From positions 186,001 to 250,000 of IMG/VR virus record IMGVR_UViG_3300011113_000805: a stretch of DNA of 64,000 nt; one strand, written 5' to 3'. A program made the translations under genes and the position numbers. The notes beneath the pieces were generated by a model. It did no database searches and had not been told where the DNA came from. It was given only the letters and a program-made list of their open reading frames with translations. The first letter of the stretch is position 1, and every line of letters begins with the position of its first letter. This document shows, one piece after another, positions 19,833-27,918 of this stretch.

Positions 19833-19917
19833 ACCAGAATGATCCAGGATGTATCATGCCGGCAACCAATGGTAACATATGGATATCTAGCTATGATACA
19901 TCCTGGATCATTCTGGT
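19833..19917. repeat. 85-nt hairpin element, copy 1
   Basis: 25-bp perfect inverted repeat accagaatgatccaggatgtatcat. Confidence 0.75.
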
Positions 19918-19966
19918 ACAACAGTGTGATATTCGTGTATGCCATGAGACATGCGCCTTGAACCGG

Positions 19967-20290
19967 TCAAGACCGAAGGTCATCAGCACCTTCATGGAGG
20001 AGTTCAACATCGCAAAAACGGATCTGGACCCACTTAGGTGCACCATCGATGAGAAGGTGCAAGCAATGGCGTGCGTAGAAGTCACCATGCTGCGCCGCCC
20101 ACAGGCAATATCGACCCTCGGCATCGACCAAGACGTCTTGGTCGATGCCGGCGGTGTTCAACAGAACACAGATACGACCGTGTTTTCGATCAAAGAAGGA
20201 GCCTCCTCGCCAGAAGAGATCGGTGCTGAGCCGGACGAGACCGCCGATATGGGACTTGAGCTGCTCACGATTAGGCGCATGATCAGTCAT
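19967..20290 (-). CDS. SH3-like protein, W..RGWD subfamily
   Basis: HIGGLV.L...LFW.GG..FD...RICVLL...HLLIDGAP.W. Confidence 0.7.
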   Translation of the reverse strand: MTDHAPNREQLKSHIGGLVRLSTDLFWRGGSFFDRKHGRICVLLNTAGIDQDVLVDAEGRYCLWAAQHGDFYARHCLHLLIDGAPKWVQIRFCDVELLHEGADDLRS

Positions 20291-20423
20291 TCAAGGTCTC
20301 CTTGAATGAGTTCAGCATCATCTTCATGAAGACGCACCCTTCGAGGCTGCATGACGATCGACCACCAGGAAAGGCGCCTTGTTGCTCGATATCGAGTCGC
20401 TCCAAATACGGAGCTGGCCAGGT

Positions 20424-20702
20424 TCAATCCTCATTGAGGTTATACGATCTGCCAGCATCCGGATCGACCCATGGCACGTCACAACGCGCCTTGGAGGCGT
20501 CGCCGTCCATCTCGGGCGTCCAGTCCTGATGGAGCTGGTGCTGATGCTTCAGAGAGTAGATGATGCTATCCACAACAGCATCAAACTCCGGCGTGTTGAG
20601 CGGAACAGGGATCAGCCGCCGGTTGATGAGATCCCAAGCAATGCGGAGTGCAAGGGTTTCGAAGTGATCCACATGGACCACCAGGGTATCGATGTTCTGC
20701 AT
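20424..20702 (-). CDS. Hypothetical protein
   Basis: GGAGG RBS, coupled to the upstream gene. Confidence 0.6.
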   Translation of the reverse strand: MQNIDTLVVHVDHFETLALRIAWDLINRRLIPVPLNTPEFDAVVDSIIYSLKHQHQLHQDWTPEMDGDASKARCDVPWVDPDAGRSYNLNED

Positions 20703-20903
20703 TTACCACCTCCGCCGAGCTGCACCGCCGGCACGTGCGATGTCGTCGAGAGTACAGGCGATCCCGCCCTCCGCGGAGGTGGTCCATTCCCGGATCTCTT
20801 TATTGAGATCACCCTCGTCGAGGATGATGTTGAGCCGCTCCTTGAGGTCAGTGAGGGCGGCATGGATAGCGGTGAGTTCGGCTTCGAGCTGGGAGTTCGT
20901 CAT
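20703..20903 (-). CDS. Hypothetical protein (class A cassette)
   Basis: Starts MTNSQLE after the class A element at 20910-20954. Confidence 0.6.
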   Translation of the reverse strand: MTNSQLEAELTAIHAALTDLKERLNIILDEGDLNKEIREWTTSAEGGIACTLDDIARAGGAARRRW

Positions 20904-20997
20904 ATTCCTCTCCGTGATGTTATCTGTTATTATGGTGACGTCACTTTGTACAGGCACTTTGTGCAAAAAGCACAAATTTTTGATCACATCACAGTTA

Positions 20998-21082
20998 ACC
21001 AGAATGACCCAGGATAGGTTGCAAATTGCGGCCATGGTAACCTATGGATAGGTGCCTGCAATACATCCTGGGTCATTCAGGT
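20998..21082. repeat. 85-nt hairpin element, copy 2
   Basis: Homologous to 19833-19917, with a compensatory base-pair change. Confidence 0.7.
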
Positions 21083-21165
21083 GCAACAGCGTTGACTTAC
21101 ATGGCCGACTCAAAGCTTCGGATTATCTATCCCTTCTGGCCCCGGAACAGCACCTCCATGAGGGA

Positions 21166-21321
21166 TCAGGTGATGTTCGAGTTCTCAGCAGCTCGAGCGG
21201 CAGAAAGAAAGCTGAGCAGCCCCAGCGGAATCCAGGCAACATGCCAAGGTGCCGGGGCACCAATGGCGAAAAGGATCGCTCCGGAGGCGAAGAAGGCGCA
21301 CATCACAGCATTGATATTCAT
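21166..21321 (-). CDS. Small membrane protein
   Basis: Two hydrophobic segments. Confidence 0.4.
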   Translation of the reverse strand: MNINAVMCAFFASGAILFAIGAPAPWHVAWIPLGLLSFLSAARAAENSNIT

Positions 21322-21367
21322 GAGATTCCACAGAGTGATGAATGTTGTTATCGAGATATGCACGTCA

Positions 21368-21625
21368 TCAATCTGTGATGATTGCACGGGCCTCGGCGAT
21401 CGCCCCGATGACGGGCCAGGGGATGGTGACGGCCGAAGTAGGCGGTCCTTCCCAACCCTTCACCCAGATTCCCGTCTCCCAGACTTCAACCTCCACACCG
21501 TAGTACGAGTACGGTGAGAAGACCTGGATCCGGTTCCACTTACACTCAGGGGACCGGATTCGGACTTCCCATCCCTCGTGGGTGAAGATCTGAGCGCCAT
21601 ACTCATTGGTGATCCAGTTGGTCAT
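21368..21625 (-). CDS. Hypothetical Trp-rich protein (class A cassette)
   Basis: Starts MTNWITN after the class A element at 21632-21676. Confidence 0.6.
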   Translation of the reverse strand: MTNWITNEYGAQIFTHEGWEVRIRSPECKWNRIQVFSPYSYYGVEVEVWETGIWVKGWEGPPTSAVTIPWPVIGAIAEARAIITD

Positions 21626-21725
21626 ATTCCTCTCCGTGATGAGATCTGTTATTACGGTGCCGGTCATTTGTACAGGCACCGCGAGCAAATAGTCGAAAGT
21701 TTTTGTCTCACCACGGGACGAGGTA

Positions 21726-23072
21726 TCAATTGCCAGGAAGGGGCTTCTTCATGTAGATGGCGGTCTCACGAGCATCCGGCTCACCCCAGGCAAGCTTCTG
21801 CCCAGGAACCAGAACCCAGGCCCGCCGGATCCGGGAGGCCGCCGGCTTCGAAGCGCCACCGTCGGTGAGGATGATGTACCCCTCACACTTCGTCTTGTGG
21901 GCGTGCTTCGTCGGTGCATCGAAGTCGGTGCCTCCACAGCGGGTACGGAGGGTCTTCGGCACCGTGCCACGCTTCCAGGCCAGGGCGTTCTTCTCGTCCA
22001 CCTCGGTGTCGAAGTAGTAGAGCATGAAGTTCACCCGATGGGAGAGGTGGGCAAGCTCACCGAAGAGGAGGGCGATGTCATCGTCGGACATGGAACCCGA
22101 CTGGTCCAGGTAGACGTTGATGGTCGGGACATAGTCCCGGGTGGTGCCCGGGTGAATGCCCGGGTACTTCTTGTTGAGGCGGAAGACCGACGTCATCCGG
22201 TCGGCCCGCTGGGTGCAACCGACGAACTGCCGGAGGACTGCACGCCAGTCGATCTCCCCGATGACCTTCTTCCGGATCTCCTCCCGCATGGAGACAGGCA
22301 CCGACCCCCAGGAGTTCTTGGCATCGGCACGCTCGGTCGCCGACTTCACGATCTGGCGCATCTTCCCGGCGACGAACTCACGATCCTCGTCACTGAGCTC
22401 ATCCCATCCCTCATGAGAGTCCATCTCGCCGAGGCCGCCTTCACTCTCGCCGGCGCCAGAAGCCTGAGTGTACTCCTTGAAGTCGGGGTCCTGCATGAGA
22501 CGAGCGAAGTACTCCTCGCTGGAGAGGTCACGAGGGAGACTCTGCACCAGAGTGCTTACCCGCTTGAGGAGGTCCTGTCGCTCCTGGGGGAGGGAGGCCA
22601 TGTCCTTGGGCATCTTCAGCGCACGACCCGGAAGAAGACCACAGGCCGGCATCTCGTCTGCCGAGAGGGTGCAGTTGATGGCGAGATCGGTGGCCCAGTT
22701 CCAGGCCAGGTGGGGCTGGTACCGGCGGGTCGTGGTGTGCTCGAGCGCGAGGTGCAACGCCTCGTGCTTCAGGATGCCTCGAACACCAGCCTCCGAGTAG
22801 GCCGCCAGGAAGAGCGGGTTCCACCAGAACCGCATGATGCCCTCCTTGAAGAGGACGCCGGCAGTGGGGATGCCTTCGGTCGCCTCCTTGTGGAGGCTCC
22901 GGACGATGTCGGCGTAGAAGGGCTCACGGAAGAGCAAGGCAACGAGATGGGCATCGATGTCGAACCCCGCCGCATCGGCCTTGAGGCGCTCGATGCTGCG
23001 CTCGGGGAAGTCAGGATGCTCAAAGTTGCCCTTGCGGACGAGGGTTTCAGCGGTGCCGGTGTCGTTGGCCAT
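21726..23072 (-). CDS. vWA-domain metallopeptidase (DUF2201-like; partner of MoxR-type AAA ATPases)
   Basis: HEALH zincin motif, WNWATDLAIN, DQSGSM MIDAS, GGTDF, LTDG. Confidence 0.88.
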   Translation of the reverse strand: MANDTGTAETLVRKGNFEHPDFPERSIERLKADAAGFDIDAHLVALLFREPFYADIVRSLHKEATEGIPTAGVLFKEGIMRFWWNPLFLAAYSEAGVRGILKHEALHLALEHTTTRRYQPHLAWNWATDLAINCTLSADEMPACGLLPGRALKMPKDMASLPQERQDLLKRVSTLVQSLPRDLSSEEYFARLMQDPDFKEYTQASGAGESEGGLGEMDSHEGWDELSDEDREFVAGKMRQIVKSATERADAKNSWGSVPVSMREEIRKKVIGEIDWRAVLRQFVGCTQRADRMTSVFRLNKKYPGIHPGTTRDYVPTINVYLDQSGSMSDDDIALLFGELAHLSHRVNFMLYYFDTEVDEKNALAWKRGTVPKTLRTRCGGTDFDAPTKHAHKTKCEGYIILTDGGASKPAASRIRRAWVLVPGQKLAWGEPDARETAIYMKKPLPGN

Positions 23073-23164
23073 GTTGCTTTCCTCTCGGTGATGATATCTA
23101 TTATTCACTTTTGAGCCCGGAGGACACCCCTCGGCACACCTTTTTTGCAACTATTTTTAGAGGA

Positions 23165-23488
23165 TCAATCACCCAATTGATGGCCGGGCGGGACAATGCA
23201 GGTGTTGCCATTGGCGATGGCTGTGAGCTGCCCACTGTGGTAGAGGGCAATCCGACGGGCCGCGACCAGGTGCTTCCCGCTGAGCCGGCGGCCGGAACGG
23301 ACCCACTCGGCATAGTAGGAACCAGACCGGCTGCTCCACCCAGCAAACCCACGACCATTGTGATGGCTGGCCGTCTGGGCAATCTGCTCATCGGCCGTTT
23401 GACGTTCCCAAAGAGCCACCATCGCACGCTCGACCCATCGATCCTGAGTTGAAAGCTTTTCTTCGATAGCTTCGCGGGTCCACTTCAT
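23165..23488 (-). CDS. Conserved hypothetical phage protein
   Basis: RAMVALWERQTADEQ...HNGRGF; AGGAG RBS. Confidence 0.7.
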   Translation of the reverse strand: MKWTREAIEEKLSTQDRWVERAMVALWERQTADEQIAQTASHHNGRGFAGWSSRSGSYYAEWVRSGRRLSGKHLVAARRIALYHSGQLTAIANGNTCIVPPGHQLGD

Positions 23489-23599
23489 GTGATGTCTCCT
23501 GTGAAGTTGGTTAGATGCGAAAGTCGACCAGGCTTGGTCCTTCATGGAGGCGTCATTAGTATCGGCACTTTGTACAGGCGCCGAGAGAAAATAGCTGAA

Positions 23600-24091
23600 C
23601 TATTTTCCGGACTGGAGGTGTTCAACCAGCCACTTAGCTTGGACTTCGTACGAAGTAGCCTCGGCAGCCCGAGCAGCCCGAGCAGCAGCTCCAGCAGCAC
23701 GAGCAGCCTCAGCAGCAGCCCAAGTAGCCCCAGCATCAGCAGCAGCAGCAGCCCAAGCAGCACGAGCAGCCCAAGCAGCAGCCCGAGCAACACGAGCAGC
23801 CCAAGCAGCAGCTTCCAGCTCCTCAGAAGTGATGCTCTTCTCATCCTCCAGCCACCGGTCCACCAAGGACAGGGCATGTGTCACACTCTGATCCGGCTCA
23901 CGTCCTGATCGAGCCAGTGCCTCACCGGCACACCATCGGGAAAATGACACCAGGTCCCGATGGGTGATGATACCAATGTGCTCCCGGCCTTGCAGGAGGA
24001 TGCAGTTGAGCTGGAGGTTTCGTGTCAGCTCTGCCTCAGACAGAGTCGTCTGCTCACCGGTGACGGGATCAACCAGGACGTACTGGGTCAT
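23600..24091 (-). CDS. Imm5-like Ala-repeat cassette protein
   Basis: Constant N-terminus (Y.L.DPVTG...GIITHRDLV.F.RWCA), WAAARAA repeats, C-terminal WLVEHLQSGK. Confidence 0.8.
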   Translation of the reverse strand: MTQYVLVDPVTGEQTTLSEAELTRNLQLNCILLQGREHIGIITHRDLVSFSRWCAGEALARSGREPDQSVTHALSLVDRWLEDEKSITSEELEAAAWAARVARAAAWAARAAWAAAAADAGATWAAAEAARAAGAAARAARAAEATSYEVQAKWLVEHLQSGK

Positions 24092-24098
24092 GAGATAT

Positions 24099-24172
24099 CT
24101 CCGTGATGAGATCTGTTATTACGGTGCCGGCACTTTGTACAGGCACCGAGAGAAAATAGCTGAACTATTTTC
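24099..24172 (-). promoter_or_regulatory. Full cassette junction: 3' hairpin + class A promoter + RBS (representative copy)
   Basis: GAAAATAG-ttcag-CTATTTTC hairpin over the stop codon, then CCTGTACA-N17-TAACAGATCTCATCACGGAG. Further copies at about 23553, 24651, 25203, 25751, 26359, 29626, 30861, 31262, 31843, 32382, 37201, 37759, 38337, 38954, 39513 and 40712; degenerate copies at 10265, 19402, 23082 and 59846. Confidence 0.8.
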
Positions 24173-24644
24173 CGGACTGGAGGTGCTCCACAAGCCACTT
24201 GGCTTGGGTTTCATATGAAGCAGCCTCAACAGCCCAAGCAGCCCGAGCAGCAGACCGAGCAGCCCAAGCAGCATCAGCAGCCCAAGTAGCATCAGCTGCA
24301 GCCCAAGCAGCCCAAGCAACATCAGCAGCATCAGCAGCAGCAGCCTCAGCAGCCCCAGCAGCAGCTTCCAGCTCCTCAGGAGTAACACTCTGCTGGTCCT
24401 CCAGCCATCGATCGACCATGGTCAGAGCATGGATCGACCTCTGATCAGGCTCATCCACCAGCAGCGTCAGCATCTCACCGGCACACCACCGAGCAAATGC
24501 GACCAAGTCTCGGTGGGTGATGATGCCAATGTGCTCCCGGCCTTGCAGGAGCACGCAATTCTGTCTGAGGTTTCGTATCAGTTCGACCTCAGGCAGAATC
24601 GACTGCTCACCGGTGACGGGATCGATCAAAGTGTACTGGTGCAT
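24165..24644 (-). CDS. Imm5-like Ala-repeat cassette protein
   Basis: Family motifs; start MHQYTL after the RBS. Confidence 0.8.
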   Translation of the reverse strand: MHQYTLIDPVTGEQSILPEVELIRNLRQNCVLLQGREHIGIITHRDLVAFARWCAGEMLTLLVDEPDQRSIHALTMVDRWLEDQQSVTPEELEAAAGAAEAAAADAADVAWAAWAAADATWAADAAWAARSAARAAWAVEAASYETQAKWLVEHLQSGK

Positions 24645-24716
24645 GTCGAGCTCCGTGATGAGATCTGTTATTATGGCTAAGCCACTTTGTACAGGTCCTG
24701 GGAGCAAATAGTTGAA

Positions 24717-25196
24717 CTATTTTCCGGACTGGAGGTGTTCAACCAGCCACTGAGTTTGAACTTCATATGAAGTAGCCCTGGCAGCAGTCTGAGCAGTCCG
24801 AGCAGCCCAAACAGCAGCCTCAGCAGCCCGATCAGCAGCCATGGTAGTAGTCCAAGAAGCAGCCTCAGCAGCCCGATCAGCAGCCATGGTAGCAGTCCGA
24901 GCATCATAAGCAGCAGCTACCAGCTCCTCAGAAGTGACGCTCTTCTCGTTCTCCAGCCACCGGTCCACCAAGGACAGGGCATGTGTCACCTTCAGGTCAG
25001 GCTCATCCACCAGCAGCGTCAACGTCTCACCGGCACACCATCGAGCAAAGGCGACCAGGTCCCGGTGGGTGATGATGCCCAGATGCTCATTCCCTCGAAG
25101 AAGGATGCAGCTGAGCTGGAGGTTTCGGGTGAGCTCAAGCTCCGACAGAGTCGTCTGCTCACCGGTGACGGGATCGATCAAAGTGTACTGGTGCAT
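24717..25196 (-). CDS. Imm5-like Ala-repeat cassette protein
   Basis: Family motifs. Confidence 0.8.
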   Translation of the reverse strand: MHQYTLIDPVTGEQTTLSELELTRNLQLSCILLRGNEHLGIITHRDLVAFARWCAGETLTLLVDEPDLKVTHALSLVDRWLENEKSVTSEELVAAAYDARTATMAADRAAEAASWTTTMAADRAAEAAVWAARTAQTAARATSYEVQTQWLVEHLQSGK

Positions 25197-25268
25197 GTCA
25201 AGCTCCGTGATGAGATCTGTTATTATGGCTGAGCCACTTTGTACAGGTCCTGGGAGCAAATAGTTGAA

Positions 25269-25745
25269 CTATTTTCCGGACTGGAGGTGCTCCACAAGCC
25301 ACTGAGCTTGAGACTCGTACAAAAGCCCACGACTCCCAGCATCCCAAGCAGCCCCGGCAGCAGCCCAAGCAGCAGCCCCAGCAGTCCGAGCAGCCTCAGC
25401 AGCCTCAGCAGCAGCCCGAGCAGCCCGAGCAGCCTGAGCAGCCCGAGCAGCAGCCCCAGCAGCAGCTTCCAGCTCCTCAGGTGTAACACTCTGCTGATCC
25501 TCAAGCCACTGGTCCACCAAGGACAGGGCATGTGTCACCTTCAGGTCAGGCTCATCCACCAGCAGCGTCAGCGTCTCACCGGCACACCATCGAGCAAAGG
25601 CGACCAGGTCCCGGTGGGTGATGATGCCCAGATGCTCATTCCCTCGAAGAAGGATGCAGCTGAGCTGGAGGTTTCGGGTGAGGTCGATCTCAGACAGAAA
25701 AGTTTGCTTACCGGTGACAGAATCAACCAAGGTGTACCGGGACAT
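25269..25745 (-). CDS. Imm5-like Ala-repeat cassette protein
   Basis: Family motifs. Confidence 0.8.
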   Translation of the reverse strand: MSRYTLVDSVTGKQTFLSEIDLTRNLQLSCILLRGNEHLGIITHRDLVAFARWCAGETLTLLVDEPDLKVTHALSLVDQWLEDQQSVTPEELEAAAGAAARAAQAARAARAAAEAAEAARTAGAAAWAAAGAAWDAGSRGLLYESQAQWLVEHLQSGK

Positions 25746-25816
25746 GAGAACTCCGTGATGAGATCTGTTATTTCGGCTGAGTCGCTTTGTACAGGCGCCG
25801 ACGGAAAATAGCTGAA

Positions 25817-26350
25817 CTATTTTCCGGACTGGAGGTGCTGCTCAAACCACTGAGCTTGGACTTCGTATGAAGTAGCTCCGGCAGCAGCTCCAGCAGCCCG
25901 AGCAGCCCAAACAGCAGCCTCAGCAGCCCGATCAGCAGCCATGGTAGCAGCCCAAGAAGCAGTCTGAGCAGCAGCATGAGCAGCCCAAGCAGCAGTCTGA
26001 GCAGCAATATGAGCAGCCCAAGAAGCCCGAGCAGCAGCCCAAGCAGCCTGAGCAGCTGCTTCAGCAGCGTCTTTCAGCTCCTCATTGCTGAGGCTCCTCT
26101 CATCCTCCAGCCACCGGTCCACCAAGGACAGGGCATGTGTCACCTTCAGGTCAGGCTCATCCACCAGCAGCTTCAGCATCTCACCGGCACACCATCGAAT
26201 GAAGATGACCAGGTCCCGGTGGGTGATGATGCCCAGATGCTCATTCCCTCGAAGAAGGAGGTAGCCAATCTGGAGGTTTCGGGTGAGCTTAAGCTCCGAC
26301 AGAGTCCACTGCCGGCCGGTGGCAGGATCAATCAAAGTGTATTTAGGCAT
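25817..26350 (-). CDS. Imm5-like Ala-repeat cassette protein
   Basis: Family motifs. Confidence 0.8.
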   Translation of the reverse strand: MPKYTLIDPATGRQWTLSELKLTRNLQIGYLLLRGNEHLGIITHRDLVIFIRWCAGEMLKLLVDEPDLKVTHALSLVDRWLEDERSLSNEELKDAAEAAAQAAWAAARASWAAHIAAQTAAWAAHAAAQTASWAATMAADRAAEAAVWAARAAGAAAGATSYEVQAQWFEQHLQSGK

Positions 26351-26432
26351 TTCCGAAGCTCCGTGATGAGATCTGTTATTATGGCTGAGCCACTTTGTAC
26401 AGGTCCCGGGAGCACTTTTCTAAAAATGTTTA

Positions 26433-26605
26433 CTCCTTCGCTAGTACCGTACGAAGTTTCAACTGTGCATAAAAACCTCAGTGATGTCTGGATCGCGGTA
26501 CGAGGTTAGCCTTACCGGTGGTTACCCTCACCGGTGAAAACATTTTCCAGTCAATGTTTTCAATTAAGGTGTCAATCGGAAACCCGATGACTGGTAACAC
26601 GAAGC
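26433..26605 (-). ncRNA. Candidate structured non-coding RNA
   Basis: Four adjacent stems in about 170 nt with no convincing ORF, downstream of the tRNA cluster. Confidence 0.3.
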
Positions 26606-26791
26606 TCAGCTAGCTGATACTCCGGAGGCCTTGATCTTCAGAAGGAGGGCAGCGTTGGCTGCAATGATGCCACCAACAATCGGCAGCAGTACCGGTGCTG
26701 AAGGGAGAAGAAGTTGGATGAAACACCACCAACCAAAACCTGCGCCGGTGCCAATGAGGGTGCCAAGAATATGCGACTTCAGCGTTTCCAT
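26606..26791 (-). CDS. Small membrane protein
   Basis: AAAGGAG RBS, METLKSHILG, two hydrophobic helices. Confidence 0.6.
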   Translation of the reverse strand: METLKSHILGTLIGTGAGFGWWCFIQLLLPSAPVLLPIVGGIIAANAALLLKIKASGVSAS

Positions 26792-26806
26792 GCTCTCTCC
26801 TTTGAA

Positions 26807-26891
26807 TGGTAGCCCCAGCCGGACTCGAACCGGCACGCTCAATGAACAAGAGATTTTGAGTCTCTCGCGTCTTCCGTTCCGCCATGGGGCC
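26807..26891 (-). tRNA. trnL: tRNA-Leu(CAA)
   Basis: Cloverleaf with long variable arm, anticodon loop CT-CAA-AA, GTTCGA, CCA end. Confidence 0.93.
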
Positions 26892-26898
26892 AATGAAG

Positions 26899-26973
26899 TG
26901 GTGGGTCATCCGAGACTCGAACTCGGAACTAACGGATTAAGAGTCCGCTACTCTACCATTGAGTTAATGACCC
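26899..26973 (-). tRNA. trnK: tRNA-Lys(CTT)
   Basis: Anticodon loop CT-CTT-AA, CCA end. Confidence 0.93.
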
Positions 26974-26978
26974 GAAGA

Positions 26979-27054
26979 TGGTGGGTTGTCTGGGGCTTGA
27001 ACCCAGGGCCTACGGATTAAAAGTCCGCTGCTCTACCGACTGAGCTAACAACCC
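26979..27054 (-). tRNA. trnK: tRNA-Lys(TTT)
   Basis: Anticodon loop CT-TTT-AA, CCA end. Confidence 0.93.
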
Positions 27055-27058
27055 ATAA

Positions 27059-27146
27059 TGGAGGAAGCGGTGGGATTCGAACCCACGATCCCTTTCAGGA
27101 TGCCGGTTTTCAAGACCGGAGCCTTAAACCGCTCGGCCACGCTTCC
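27059..27146 (-). tRNA. trnS: tRNA-Ser(TGA)
   Basis: Long variable arm, loop CT-TGA-AA, CCA end. Confidence 0.93.
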
Positions 27147-27150
27147 AAGA

Positions 27151-27225
27151 TGGTACTCCCAACGGGAATCGAACCCGTGTTACCGGAGTGAAAATCCGGT
27201 GTCCTGACCGTTAGACGATGGGAGC
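27151..27225 (-). tRNA. trnE: tRNA-Glu(TTC)
   Basis: Loop TT-TTC-AC, CCA end. Confidence 0.92.
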
Positions 27226-27228
27226 GAA

Positions 27229-27302
27229 TGGTTGGGGTGGTAGGATTCGAACCCACATAGCCTGATCCAAAGTCAGGCGTCCTGCCGTTGGACGACACCC
27301 CA
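27229..27302 (-). tRNA. trnQ: tRNA-Gln(TTG)
   Basis: Loop CT-TTG-GA, CCA end. Confidence 0.92.
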
Positions 27303-27319
27303 GTAATGAAAGAATGAAG

Positions 27320-27396
27320 TGGTGCTGAAGGTGGGAATCGAACCCACGGCCTGCGGTTTACAAGACCGCTGCTCTGGCCAACTGAGCTACTTCAGC
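27320..27396 (-). tRNA. trnT: tRNA-Thr(TGT)
   Basis: Loop CT-TGT-AA, CCA end. Confidence 0.93.
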
Positions 27397-27638
27397 ATTT
27401 TCTCGGCCGTCGCCAGCGACTCATTCACATGAACCCAGCTGCCCTCCCGCAGGAGGATGACACAACCTCCGATAGGCCAATCCAACAGGGTCGGCGGCAA
27501 CATGTTCCAGCTGCTCACCCCTGGAGGAAGAGGGTAAGGAATGCAGGTGAGGATCTCATCCCGAGTAAAGACCCGTTCGGGATAAGTCCACCCGCCGCCG
27601 GGGCCAGGGGTAACAATGCTGAAGGTGAGCTCTTCCAC
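27387..27638 (-). CDS. Hypothetical protein inside the tRNA cluster
   Basis: GAGGA RBS with GTG start after a class B promoter; the stop lies within the 5' end of tRNA-Thr. Confidence 0.5.
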   Translation of the reverse strand: MEELTFSIVTPGPGGGWTYPERVFTRDEILTCIPYPLPPGVSSWNMLPPTLLDWPIGGCVILLREGSWVHVNESLATAEKMLK

Positions 27639-27720
27639 GTCGACGTCCTCAGGATTAGAATATAATCACTTTGGTGATTTTGAACAGGCGGTGCCTGCAC
27701 TTTCTTCAACTTTTCTTGAG

Positions 27721-27796
27721 TGGCTCCGGCAACAGGACTCGAACCTGTGACCCGCGGATTAACAGTCCGCTGCTCTACCGACTGAGCTATGCCGGA
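27721..27796 (-). tRNA. trnN: tRNA-Asn(GTT)
   Basis: Loop CT-GTT-AA, CCA end. Confidence 0.93.
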
Positions 27797-27801
27797 ATAA
27801 G

Positions 27802-27878
27802 TGGTCTCCTCGACAGGACTTGAACCTGTGACCCCCGCGTTAGGAATGCGGTGCTCTATCCAACTGAGCTACGAGGAG
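27802..27878 (-). tRNA. trnR: tRNA-Arg(CCT)
   Basis: Loop TT-CCT-AA, CCA end; one anticodon-stem mismatch. Confidence 0.88.
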
Positions 27879-27918
27879 GGGTCGACCACCACCAGGCCCG
27901 GTGGTCATGGGCCACGAC

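Noticed and set aside
26433-26510. Hammerhead ribozyme
   Set aside because: GAAAC is present, but no CUGAnGA core is correctly placed on either strand.
26610-27298. ORFs overlapping the tRNA cluster
   Set aside because: The sequence is explained by tRNA cloverleafs. Only 26606-26791 has its own RBS.
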